NCBI GenBank assembly: GCA_045132275.1
Contig: JBGURY010000004.1
Coordinates: forward strand, 121,892-185,891
Source: Candidatus Limimorpha sp.
GTDB lineage: Bacteria; Bacteroidota; Bacteroidia; Bacteroidales; F082
Length of the DNA: 64,000 nucleotides
Direction: 5' to 3'
Shown here: positions 32,551-40,728 of the stretch, in pieces
How positions within the stretch are numbered: the first letter of the stretch is position 1
How the letters are laid out: each line of letters begins with the position of its first letter
Position numbers and translations under genes: made by a program
Notes under the pieces: generated by a model
What the model was told of the DNA's origin: nothing
The model's database searches: none
The model's input: the letters and a program-made list of their open reading frames with translations, nothing else

Positions 32551-32670
32551 GATTTATGTTTATGTGTTGATTATTTAATTGTTGTTTGACGCGAGACTTC
32601 GAGACACGTGACACGGGACTTTCTTCCGTCTCGTAGTCCCGAGTCCCGCAGTCCTTCGTCTAAGGAAGGG

Positions 32671-32678
32671 CAAAGGTA
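32671..32678 (-). promoter_or_regulatory. -7 promoter box (TACCTTTG) for the aminotransferase gene
   Basis: TAnnTTTG match 120 nt upstream of the ATG at 32550. Confidence 0.5.
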
Positions 32679-32730
32679 GGCCTTTTTTCGATAGGGTGAG
32701 CTGAAAATTTGATGATTGGATGAAAAACCT

Positions 32731-32738
32731 TACCTTTG
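32731..32738 (+). promoter_or_regulatory. -7 promoter box (TACCTTTG) for the 32762 gene
   Basis: TAnnTTTGCCGC match 23 nt upstream of the ATG at 32762. Confidence 0.5.
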
Positions 32739-32761
32739 CCGCGTTTTTAACCTTAAAATCG

Positions 32762-33280
32762 ATGAACAACTGGATGATAATCGCCCTCATGGCCGCCGGC
32801 CTCTTGTTGATGGTCGCGGCATTGATGATACTGCTTCGTCTCGCAAAGATGAAGGACGCCGAACTTCGCAACAAAGGCAAATATGAATTAAAGGTACAGG
32901 CCTTAAAGATCGTCATGCCTCTCAAGGTGCAGGCCTATGAGCGTTTTTTGCTTTATCTTGAGCGTGTGCAGCTGCCCCAGCTGGTGAAGCGTGTTTATAC
33001 CCCCGGCATGGAGAAAGGAGCCTTCCATCTGATGCTCCTGCAGACGGTCCGTGAGGAGTTTGAACATAATCTGGCTCAACAGCTTTACGTTTCCAATTCC
33101 ACTTGGAACGCCGTGGTCAACGCGAAGGAGGAGCTCGTCAACCAAATCAACGAGACTTTTGAACAGCTGAAGGACGAGGAGGATGTCTCCATCATCGCCC
33201 AAAGCCTTGTGGCGTTGCCAAACCCTGCGGTCGAGCAAGCCATCGCTGTCTTGAAACGCGATTTCGAACGGCTGCTGTAA
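32762..33280 (+). CDS. Hypothetical membrane-anchored protein (one N-terminal TM helix)
   Basis: MNNWMIIALMAAGLLLMVAALMILL followed by a helical soluble domain. The start is set downstream of the -7 box. Confidence 0.5.
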   Translation: MNNWMIIALMAAGLLLMVAALMILLRLAKMKDAELRNKGKYELKVQALKIVMPLKVQAYERFLLYLERVQLPQLVKRVYTPGMEKGAFHLMLLQTVREEFEHNLAQQLYVSNSTWNAVVNAKEELVNQINETFEQLKDEEDVSIIAQSLVALPNPAVEQAIAVLKRDFERLL

Positions 33281-33322
33281 TAAAACAGCGTTTTCGCCGT
33301 TCTTTTTTAAACACTCAAAGGA

Positions 33323-34363
33323 ATGAAATTTACCGCTACCCAAATCGCCGGAATCCTTGAAGGCAAGGTGGAAGGCAATCCCAATGCCGAAGTTTGGAAC
33401 GTCGCCAAGATCGAGGAAGGCGCGCCTGGCATGATTAGTTTCCTGGCCAATCCGAAATATACACACTATATCTACGAAACCCAGTCGAGTATCGTCATCG
33501 TGAACGCCGACTTCGAGGCCACGGCGCCTATCAGCGCCACCTTGATCCGCGTGCCTGATGCCTACGCCTCTTTTGCCAAGCTGTTAGCCTTCTACGACCA
33601 GATGACGCAGAACAAACAGGGTAGTTCGTCTTTGGCTTTCGTTTCTTCCACGGCGCAATGCGGCGAGAATGTCTATCTTGGCGAGTTCGCTTTCGTGGGC
33701 GAGAATGCCAAGATCGGCAACAATGTGAAGCTCTATCCCCAAGTATATGTCGGCGACGGCTGTGTCATCGGCGACAACACGGTGCTGTATCCGGGTGTGA
33801 AGCTCTATCGCAATACCGTTATCGGCAAGAACTGTATCCTTCATGCGGGGGCGGTGCTGGGTGCCGACGGCTTCGGTTTCGCGCCTCAGGCCGATGGGCA
33901 TTACGAGAAGATTCCGCAGGTGGGTAATGTGGTCATCGAGGACAATGTGGAAATCGGGGCCAACACCACCATCGACCGCTCCACGATGGGCTCGACACGT
34001 GTCCACAAGGGCGTGAAAATCGACAATCTGGTGCATCTCGCGCATAATGTGGAGATCGGTGAGAATACTGCCATGGCGGCCCAAGTGGGCGTGAGCGGCT
34101 CGACGCATCTCGGCAAGAACTGCGTGGTGGGTGGCCAGTCGGGCTTTGTCGGCCACATCAACATCGCCGACGGATCGAAGTTCGGCGGACAGAGCGGCAT
34201 CATGGGCAGCATCAAGGAGGAGAACCAAGAGTTTATGGGCACGCCGATACAGCCCTTACGCAAGTATCTGGTTGCCAACGCCCGTTTCCGCCACATCGAC
34301 GAGATGGCGCGCAAATTGGAACAGTTAGAGAAGGAATTGGCCGAATTGAAAAAGCAATCCTGA
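33323..34363 (+). CDS. lpxD: UDP-3-O-acylglucosamine N-acyltransferase
   Basis: N-terminal uridine-binding domain, hexapeptide repeats, and the H-containing motif GFGF...V.IG.N. Confidence 0.9.
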   Translation: MKFTATQIAGILEGKVEGNPNAEVWNVAKIEEGAPGMISFLANPKYTHYIYETQSSIVIVNADFEATAPISATLIRVPDAYASFAKLLAFYDQMTQNKQGSSSLAFVSSTAQCGENVYLGEFAFVGENAKIGNNVKLYPQVYVGDGCVIGDNTVLYPGVKLYRNTVIGKNCILHAGAVLGADGFGFAPQADGHYEKIPQVGNVVIEDNVEIGANTTIDRSTMGSTRVHKGVKIDNLVHLAHNVEIGENTAMAAQVGVSGSTHLGKNCVVGGQSGFVGHINIADGSKFGGQSGIMGSIKEENQEFMGTPIQPLRKYLVANARFRHIDEMARKLEQLEKELAELKKQS

Positions 34364-34371
34364 TTCTGTAG

Positions 34372-34391
34372 AGACGTAGCGCGCTACGTCT
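34372..34391. terminator. 20-nt perfect palindrome between convergent lpxD and the DUF218 gene
   Basis: agacgtagcg|cgctacgtct. There is no clear U-run. Confidence 0.4.
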
Positions 34392-34401
34392 ATCCATGCG
34401 T

Positions 34402-35088
34402 TTAAATCCAACCTTTTATTTTGTAGTAGGCGAGGGCGCAGTATTCCCTTATACAGGTGATTTCCAGTTTCAGATAATTGAAAAACGTATAGCGCATTTT
34501 GATGCTCTCCACCGAGGGAATCGCTTCATTGCCTCCCAGTTTCTGTTTTTTCAGCGACAAGTCAAAGTCAACAGTGGCGGGATAGGCCGCTTTGCCGATG
34601 ACGTTCGTGAATCCGACCTTGTTGAGACACTTCACTGTGCGCCTGACGTGCTCGGGAGAGGTGACCACCAACATGGGCTGGTCGACAAGCTGCGGGTATT
34701 TCTCCTTGAGTTCGACGCACTGTGAGCGGGTGTTGGCGCCGCCCGTCATGTATTCGATGTCCTCAATGCCGTCTTGTTTGAGCAGCCGAGTCATCTCGGA
34801 CTGGCAAAGCGAGTCCTTGGGGTGGACCAAAATCACGGGGGCGTCGAAGTGCTGTGCCAAAGCCGCTGTATGGTATAACCGCATCAGGTTGTCCTCTGAA
34901 GGCATTCCCGCGCCGCCAAACATGACGACATGCCGCGGCTGCGTGATTTGCGCCTCTTTGACGGGGTTCTGCCCCAGGTTGAAGTACCAATAGAAAGGCG
35001 CCGATGTGAAGGCCAGTACCAACATCAGGAAAAAGAGGAATCCGAGGACAAAAAAAATGAATTTTATGATTTTCGCTAAAAGCTTCAT
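34402..35088 (-). CDS. YdcF/SanA-like DUF218 membrane protein
   Basis: N-terminal TM helix. Motifs VVMFGGAG and VVTSPEHVRR. Confidence 0.7.
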   Translation of the reverse strand: MKLLAKIIKFIFFVLGFLFFLMLVLAFTSAPFYWYFNLGQNPVKEAQITQPRHVVMFGGAGMPSEDNLMRLYHTAALAQHFDAPVILVHPKDSLCQSEMTRLLKQDGIEDIEYMTGGANTRSQCVELKEKYPQLVDQPMLVVTSPEHVRRTVKCLNKVGFTNVIGKAAYPATVDFDLSLKKQKLGGNEAIPSVESIKMRYTFFNYLKLEITCIREYCALAYYKIKGWI

Positions 35089-35167
35089 TTTGTGTGTTTT
35101 CTGCTATTATTGCTTCGTAAAAGTGTGTAAAGATACGCTTTTTTTTGGCGCTTGTAGAATAATTTCC

Positions 35168-35175
35168 TATTTTTG
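35168..35175 (+). promoter_or_regulatory. -7 promoter box (TATTTTTG) for lpxC-lpxA
   Basis: TAnnTTTGCCCG match 43 nt upstream of the ATG at 35219. Confidence 0.55.
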
Positions 35176-35218
35176 CCCGTTTTTTGTGGAGAATCTGTAT
35201 CCACGTATATACTTTTTT

Positions 35219-36130
35219 ATGGAGAAACAATGTACGCTCAAAAATAGAGTCAGTGTCAGAGGAGCAGGTCTCCACACGCGTCAGTGCGGCACCCTCACCT
35301 TCAACCCGGCTCCCGTAAATTCTGGAATCCGTTTTCGTAGAATTGACTTAGAGAATCAACCTATCATTGAAGCCGATGTCGACAACGTCATCGATACTGC
35401 CCGTGGTACCACCCTCGGCAAAGGCGGTGTGAAGATTTACACTGTCGAGCATGTCTTGGCCTCGTTGCGCGGCATGGGTATCGATAACGTGCTGATTGAC
35501 ATTGACGTGGAAGAGACTCCTATTATGGACGGTAGCGGCAAGTTCTTCGTTGAGGCCATCCATAAGGCGGGTATCGTTGAGCAAAACGCACCCCGTAACT
35601 ACCTTGTCATCGAGGAGCCTATTTCATATAAGAATGAGGTTTTGGGCATCGAGTTGACCATTGAGCCGGCCGATTCGTTCCAGATCGACGTGAAGGTGAA
35701 GTACAACACCCGTGTGCTCGACGAGCAACATGCCTCGTTGCACGACCTCAAGGAGTTCGAGAACGAGATCGCTCCCTGCCGTACGTTTGTGTTCCTCCAT
35801 GAGTTGGAGACTCTCATCAGCCGTAACCTCATCAAGGGCGGCGACCTGACCAACGCCATTGTGTTCGTCAACCGTAACGTCTCCGCTGAAGAGCTCGACC
35901 ATATCGCCGCTTTCTTCAAGAAGCCGAAAGTCACGGTGAAGGAATGTGGTATCCTGAACAATGTGGAGCTGTATTTTGACAACGAGCCCGCCCGTCATAA
36001 GCTGTTGGATGTCATCGGCGACCTCACGCTGGTCGGCCGTCCCATCAAGGGCAAGGTGACCGCCGTCAAGCCGGGTCACTTCTCCAACACTTCTTTCGCT
36101 AGAAAGATTAAGCATACCTTATTATATTAA
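35219..36130 (+). CDS. lpxC: UDP-3-O-acyl-N-acetylglucosamine deacetylase (monofunctional, no FabZ domain)
   Basis: Motifs GAGLHT, TVEHVLASL, PIMDGSG and HKLLDVIGDL. The protein is 303 aa, and its stop lies 2 nt before lpxA. Confidence 0.85.
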   Translation: MEKQCTLKNRVSVRGAGLHTRQCGTLTFNPAPVNSGIRFRRIDLENQPIIEADVDNVIDTARGTTLGKGGVKIYTVEHVLASLRGMGIDNVLIDIDVEETPIMDGSGKFFVEAIHKAGIVEQNAPRNYLVIEEPISYKNEVLGIELTIEPADSFQIDVKVKYNTRVLDEQHASLHDLKEFENEIAPCRTFVFLHELETLISRNLIKGGDLTNAIVFVNRNVSAEELDHIAAFFKKPKVTVKECGILNNVELYFDNEPARHKLLDVIGDLTLVGRPIKGKVTAVKPGHFSNTSFARKIKHTLLY

Positions 36131-36132
36131 GC

Positions 36133-36924
36133 ATGAACCAGCCGTTAGCCTATATCCATCCTAATGCCCGCATCGCGGAAGACGTGAAGATCGAAGCGTT
36201 CGCATGGATTGGCGAAGATGTTGAAATTGGTTCCGGCACTTGGATTGGCCCCAATGCCACCATCATGGACGGCGCCCGCATTGGAAAGAACTGCAAAATT
36301 TTTCCAGGCGCGGTCATCTCGGCCATCCCCCAAGACTTGAAATACAAAGGCGAGACCACCTATTGCTATATTGGCGACGGCACCACAGTGCGCGAGTCGG
36401 CGACGGTCAACAAGGGCACGGCGGCCTCGGGCAAGACCGTGGTGGGCAAGGACTGCCTGCTGATGGCCTTCACCCATGTGGCCCACGACTGCTACCTTGG
36501 CGACCACGTCATCATGGCCAACGCCGCTACCTTGGCGGGACATATCACAGTTGACGACTGGGCCATCTTCGGCGGTCTTGCGGCGGTGAGCCAATTCAGC
36601 CGTATCGGTTCCCATGTGATGATCTGTGGCGGAGCTTTGGTCAACAAGGATATCCCGCCGTTTGTGAAGACGGGACCAGGCTATCCCGTGTGCTATGCTG
36701 GCGTCAACTCCATCGGACTGGTGCGTCGTGGCTTCACGCGTGAACGCATCAACGCCATTCAGGACGTGTATCGTGTCATCTACAGCGTTGGCATGAACAT
36801 AAGCCAGTCGGTGCAATACATCCGCGAGAACCTTCCTGTTTCAGAGGATCGTGATTTTATCCTCGACTTCATTGAAAGCTCCAAAATCGGCATCATGAAG
36901 AATGCCGTCGGCCGCGAAGAATAA
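36133..36924 (+). CDS. lpxA: Acyl-ACP--UDP-N-acetylglucosamine O-acyltransferase
   Basis: Left-handed beta-helix hexapeptides with the C-terminal helical domain. Motifs HVAHDC and GLVRRGF. Confidence 0.9.
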   Translation: MNQPLAYIHPNARIAEDVKIEAFAWIGEDVEIGSGTWIGPNATIMDGARIGKNCKIFPGAVISAIPQDLKYKGETTYCYIGDGTTVRESATVNKGTAASGKTVVGKDCLLMAFTHVAHDCYLGDHVIMANAATLAGHITVDDWAIFGGLAAVSQFSRIGSHVMICGGALVNKDIPPFVKTGPGYPVCYAGVNSIGLVRRGFTRERINAIQDVYRVIYSVGMNISQSVQYIRENLPVSEDRDFILDFIESSKIGIMKNAVGREE

Positions 36925-36932
36925 GCTTTTCC

Positions 36933-38588
36933 TTAGTTTTTCAAGAGCACCTCTGCCGCCCGGATGGCTTCGGGCGTGACTCGGTCATTACTGAGCATCT
37001 TGGCGATCTCGGTGACACGTTCTTCGGCGTCCAGCACACGGATGTGCGACTGCGTGCGCTCGCCTTCGTTGTCCTTGAAGATATAGTAGTGGTGCTCGGC
37101 TTGGCTGGCCACCTGGGGTAGGTGGGTGATGGAGATGAGTTGCAGAGACTGTCCCATCTGTCGCATGATGCCACCGATCTTGGCGGCTACCTCACCCGAG
37201 ACGCCGGTGTCGATTTCGTCGAAGATAAGGGTGGGGATGTAGTTGTAGCTCGAGACGGCGCTCTTGATGGAGAGCATCAGGCGTGAGAGCTCGCCGCCAG
37301 AGGCCACACGACGCAGGTCGTCGACGTCAATGCCTTTATTGGCCGAGAAGAGGAATCGGATCTCGTCGCAGCCCTTGCTACCGAATGTGTCTTGACGCTC
37401 CACGTCGACCTTGAACTGGGCGAAGGGCATGGCCAGTTGCCGCACCAAAGTCTCGACCTTCTCGCCGAAGGCCGTGGCGGCGTGGCAGCGCTTGCCGTGC
37501 AGTATCGTGGCGCCCTTGTTGAGTCGTTGTTTATTCTCTTCCAGTGTTTTCTCGGCTTGGGCGATGGCCTCGTCGATGTTCTCGAAAGCGTTTACCTTCT
37601 CCTTTAAGCTGTCTCTTAACGTAATGAGCCCGTCAAACTCCTTGATGCGGTGTTTCATCATCAGGCGGCTGAGCAGGTCGTAACGTTCTTGAAGGTTCTG
37701 CAGCTGTTCTTCGTCGAAGAGGGTGTCGTCTTCCTTTCGGCGTAAGTCGTAGGCGATGTCTTTGAGCTCGACTTTCAAATTCTCAACACGTTCTCCCAGA
37801 CTGTCGGTGTCGGGTAAGAGGTGTTTCAGCCGTGAAAGGGTAGAGGTCAATGCGTTGATTTGTCCCAAGATGGCGTTCTCCGAGTTGTCGAGCAAGCCGT
37901 TGGCGGTGACGAGCAGGGTCTTGATCTCCTCAGCATTTTCCATCACGCTGAGTGTCTGTTCGATGTCGGCATACTCGCCTTCCATGAGGTTGGCTTTGTC
38001 GAGTTCGTCCAGCTGGAACTTTAGGTAGTCGTTCTCAGCGGTGTTTTTCGTCGCCATCTCTTTCAGCTCGTTCAGCCTGCGCTTGAGGGCGTTGTAGTTG
38101 GCGTATTCCGTTTGGTACTCGGCCAATATCTCGTCGTTTTGAGCGATGTCGTCGAGAAGCCGTAGCTGGAAGTCGGCGTCAGTGAGCAGGAGGGAGTCGT
38201 GCTGCGAGTGTATGTCGACCAGCCGGCTACCCAGCTCTTTCATTGTCTGCAATGACACAGGGGTGTCGTTGACGAAAGCTCTGCTCTTTTTCTGCGGGTT
38301 GAGCTCGCGACGGAAGATGCACTCAGTCTCGAAGTCGAGGTCGTTTTCTTCAAATAGGTTTTTTAGAGAGTCATCATCCAGTTCGAATTGAGCCTCCACG
38401 ACGCATTTCTTTTCAGGGTCGTAGAGCACGCCTGTGTCGGAGCGGTCGCCCAAGGCGAAGCCTAAAGCGCCGAGTAGGATGGACTTGCCAGCACCAGTCT
38501 CGCCCGTGATGACATGAAAACCTTTGCCGAAGCTGACTGTCAGTTCATCAATGAGGGCGTAATTGCTGATGTGCAATTGCTTGAGCAT
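36933..38588 (-). CDS. recN: DNA repair protein RecN
   Basis: Walker A GETGAGKS, long coiled coil, and the signature ASGGELSR. Confidence 0.9.
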   Translation of the reverse strand: MLKQLHISNYALIDELTVSFGKGFHVITGETGAGKSILLGALGFALGDRSDTGVLYDPEKKCVVEAQFELDDDSLKNLFEENDLDFETECIFRRELNPQKKSRAFVNDTPVSLQTMKELGSRLVDIHSQHDSLLLTDADFQLRLLDDIAQNDEILAEYQTEYANYNALKRRLNELKEMATKNTAENDYLKFQLDELDKANLMEGEYADIEQTLSVMENAEEIKTLLVTANGLLDNSENAILGQINALTSTLSRLKHLLPDTDSLGERVENLKVELKDIAYDLRRKEDDTLFDEEQLQNLQERYDLLSRLMMKHRIKEFDGLITLRDSLKEKVNAFENIDEAIAQAEKTLEENKQRLNKGATILHGKRCHAATAFGEKVETLVRQLAMPFAQFKVDVERQDTFGSKGCDEIRFLFSANKGIDVDDLRRVASGGELSRLMLSIKSAVSSYNYIPTLIFDEIDTGVSGEVAAKIGGIMRQMGQSLQLISITHLPQVASQAEHHYYIFKDNEGERTQSHIRVLDAEERVTEIAKMLSNDRVTPEAIRAAEVLLKN

Positions 38589-38596
38589 GGGCGGGA

Positions 38597-39514
38597 TTAC
38601 ATTCCTTTGTTCTGGAGCATGGTATCGTAGCGCGACGACTGCGACGGGTCGATGGTCTTCATGATGTTGGAGGCCTCGGTTCTGAATTTCATATCGCCTT
38701 CCGAGAAGACTTGGATGATCTCGTCACGTTTGCTCTCTATGATGAGTTGCAGGAAGTAGCACATGGGGTTGCGCTCGTATACCGACTGGAGGTTGGAGAT
38801 GGCGTTCAGGATGGCTTCGCGGCCTTGCTCGGGGTGCTCCGCCATCACGTCGAGGCCGTTGCGGTGGTAGTCGTAGAAGAACTGACGCAAAGCCTGGTAC
38901 GACGGATTGTTGATGTCGCTGATGATGGCGTGGCGGTTCTGCCGTCCTGTCGAGCTCCATCCGTTGTCGCCGCCAGCCTCCTGCGGGGCCGCGTTGGCGA
39001 TGGTCTCGGCGATTTCGTAGAAGTAGTCGCCGCCATTAAGCGAGAACGAATCGAAGTCAAGGCCGAGGAAGAGGTAGACGTAGAACCCTATCGTGCTGGT
39101 CAGGTTGGAGATGTAGGTGTTCGGGTTGAAGTCAAGGGTCTGGCCTTCGGTGTATTCGAAAGTGAACTTGCGGTCGATGTAGTTGAACATCGGGGTGCTG
39201 TAGTTCGACTTATAGACGGGACGGCGCAGGGCGAGGTTGATCTCCGCCGTGATGTATTCGCCTTCACGTCCGGTGACATCGATGAGCATCGAGCACTCTA
39301 TCTTCTCCGCTTGCCTGAAGTTGATTTCTGTGAATTTGGTGTTGTTGATGAATTCGTAAAGGGAGGTCTGCAGGTTCTGGTAGATGGTCTTGTCGCTACC
39401 CTGCACCTTGTTGGAATTGACGCGCACGTCGCATTGCAGCTCTTGCGCCTGCAACGGGCTGATGCCCATCATGAAGGCGAAGACAGTGAGTAGTGTGGCA
39501 AATACTTTCTTCAT
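38597..39514 (-). CDS. DUF4835-like secreted protein (PorD-like, T9SS-associated family)
   Basis: Signal peptide ending in LQAQ. Its position between recN and rpoZ/bamD matches my recollection of Bacteroidota synteny. The family assignment is from memory and has not been searched. Confidence 0.5.
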   Translation of the reverse strand: MKKVFATLLTVFAFMMGISPLQAQELQCDVRVNSNKVQGSDKTIYQNLQTSLYEFINNTKFTEINFRQAEKIECSMLIDVTGREGEYITAEINLALRRPVYKSNYSTPMFNYIDRKFTFEYTEGQTLDFNPNTYISNLTSTIGFYVYLFLGLDFDSFSLNGGDYFYEIAETIANAAPQEAGGDNGWSSTGRQNRHAIISDINNPSYQALRQFFYDYHRNGLDVMAEHPEQGREAILNAISNLQSVYERNPMCYFLQLIIESKRDEIIQVFSEGDMKFRTEASNIMKTIDPSQSSRYDTMLQNKGM

Positions 39515-39537
39515 GGCTCTCCCTTTCTTGTCACGAT

Positions 39538-39876
39538 TTAGAAGGCCTCCTGAGTCTCCTTGGCGGGGTTGCGGAAATAAATCTGGTCGTGGAGGAACTC
39601 GTGGATGGCGATCAAGGTGGGCTTGGGCAAACGCTCGTAGAACTTGGCAATCTCAATCTGCTCCTTGTTTTCGAACACTTCTTCCAGGCTGTCGTTGGTG
39701 ATGGAGGCAAACGACTCGATCTTCTCGTTGAGTTCGGCTTTCATCTCCGAGGCGATCTGATTGGCCCTGATGGACAGGATGGCTACAGTCTCGTAGATGT
39801 TGCCCGTGCCTTTGTAGAACTGGTCTTTCTGACGGGTGACAACCGTCGTTTCGGTCTTAATTTTCTTGAAATCCAT
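39538..39876 (-). CDS. rpoZ: DNA-directed RNA polymerase subunit omega (Bacteroidota type)
   Basis: 112 aa, with NIYETVAILSIRANQI, located directly downstream of bamD. Confidence 0.6.
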   Translation of the reverse strand: MDFKKIKTETTVVTRQKDQFYKGTGNIYETVAILSIRANQIASEMKAELNEKIESFASITNDSLEEVFENKEQIEIAKFYERLPKPTLIAIHEFLHDQIYFRNPAKETQEAF

Positions 39877-39879
39877 GGT

Positions 39880-40677
39880 TTATTTTATGTTTTGTAATTT
39901 CTTTCTTGCTTTTTCGGCGATGCTGTTGGTCTCGGTGATGTATTTGCTCCCGGGATAGAGATAGGAGAGAGTGTTGCAGTGCTCGACGCACGACTCAAAA
40001 CGCTCGCGCTGTTTCTCGGGGACGCTGTTCTCGGCATAGTCGTAGTAGGTCTTGGCCATGTCGTAGAGAATCTCCTCGCGGTGCGGCGTGTTGGGGTATT
40101 TCTTCAGCATGTTCTCAAACGAGGTGATGGCCGCGCTGTAGTTCTCCATGCGGTAGAACAGCCTGCATATGTTATAGTCTTTCTCCTCCAACTTGTTGTT
40201 GAGGTTGGTCATCAACTGGTTGACACGCTCCAAGCTGTCGCTGTTGGGATAGCGCTCCGCAAAGGATTTCAGCAGCTTGATGGCGCTGTGAGTGTTAGTC
40301 TGGTCGAGCCCCGACTCCGGCGAGAGCAGGTAGTTGCAGTAGGCGTTCATGTAGGCTGCCTTCTCGGCGTCTTTCGAGAAAGGATAGGTCTGCACGAAAC
40401 GGTTGTAGTAATATGATGCAATCTCGTAGTCGTCCTGAAGGTAGTAGCATTGGGCGGTCTTGTAAGTGATCGACTCGCCGCGGGGCGTGTTACGGAACGA
40501 GGCTTGCAGCAGGTCGAACAACTGCAAGGCGTGGTTGTAGTCGCCACGCTCGTAATAGTCGACCGCGACCTCGTATTTCGCCTCGTTGTCGGTGCTCTTC
40601 ACCAAACGGTTGAAGTCGTTGCATGAGCTGAAGACTACAAGGCCCAAAACTGCCAATATCAGGATGCTTTTTTTCAT
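39880..40677 (-). CDS. bamD: Outer membrane protein assembly factor BamD (TPR lipoprotein)
   Basis: Lipobox LVVFSSC and TPR-like repeats. The start at MKKSILIL lies next to a -7 box. Confidence 0.75.
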   Translation of the reverse strand: MKKSILILAVLGLVVFSSCNDFNRLVKSTDNEAKYEVAVDYYERGDYNHALQLFDLLQASFRNTPRGESITYKTAQCYYLQDDYEIASYYYNRFVQTYPFSKDAEKAAYMNAYCNYLLSPESGLDQTNTHSAIKLLKSFAERYPNSDSLERVNQLMTNLNNKLEEKDYNICRLFYRMENYSAAITSFENMLKKYPNTPHREEILYDMAKTYYDYAENSVPEKQRERFESCVEHCNTLSYLYPGSKYITETNSIAEKARKKLQNIK

Positions 40678-40685
40678 CGGGGCTG

Positions 40686-40693
40686 CAAAATTA
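40686..40693 (-). promoter_or_regulatory. -7 promoter box (TAATTTTG) for bamD-rpoZ-DUF4835-recN
   Basis: ggctgCAAAATTAc on the + strand, 8 nt from the ATG at 40677. Confidence 0.55.
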
Positions 40694-40728
40694 CTCATTT
40701 TTACGTTACTAACGAGTGGTTTTGGCTT

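Noticed and set aside
31345..32589. 414-aa + strand ORF over the aminotransferase gene
   Set aside because: The minus-strand frame carries clear PLP-aminotransferase motifs, including the lysine. The + frame is a low-information Gly/Asp/Val/Leu-rich sequence.
22871..35135. Imperfect -7 boxes (TATCTTTA) upstream of radC (~22878-22885) and the DUF218 gene (35128-35135)
   Set aside because: The final G of the consensus is replaced by A. They are plausible but weaker, so I did not list them as features.
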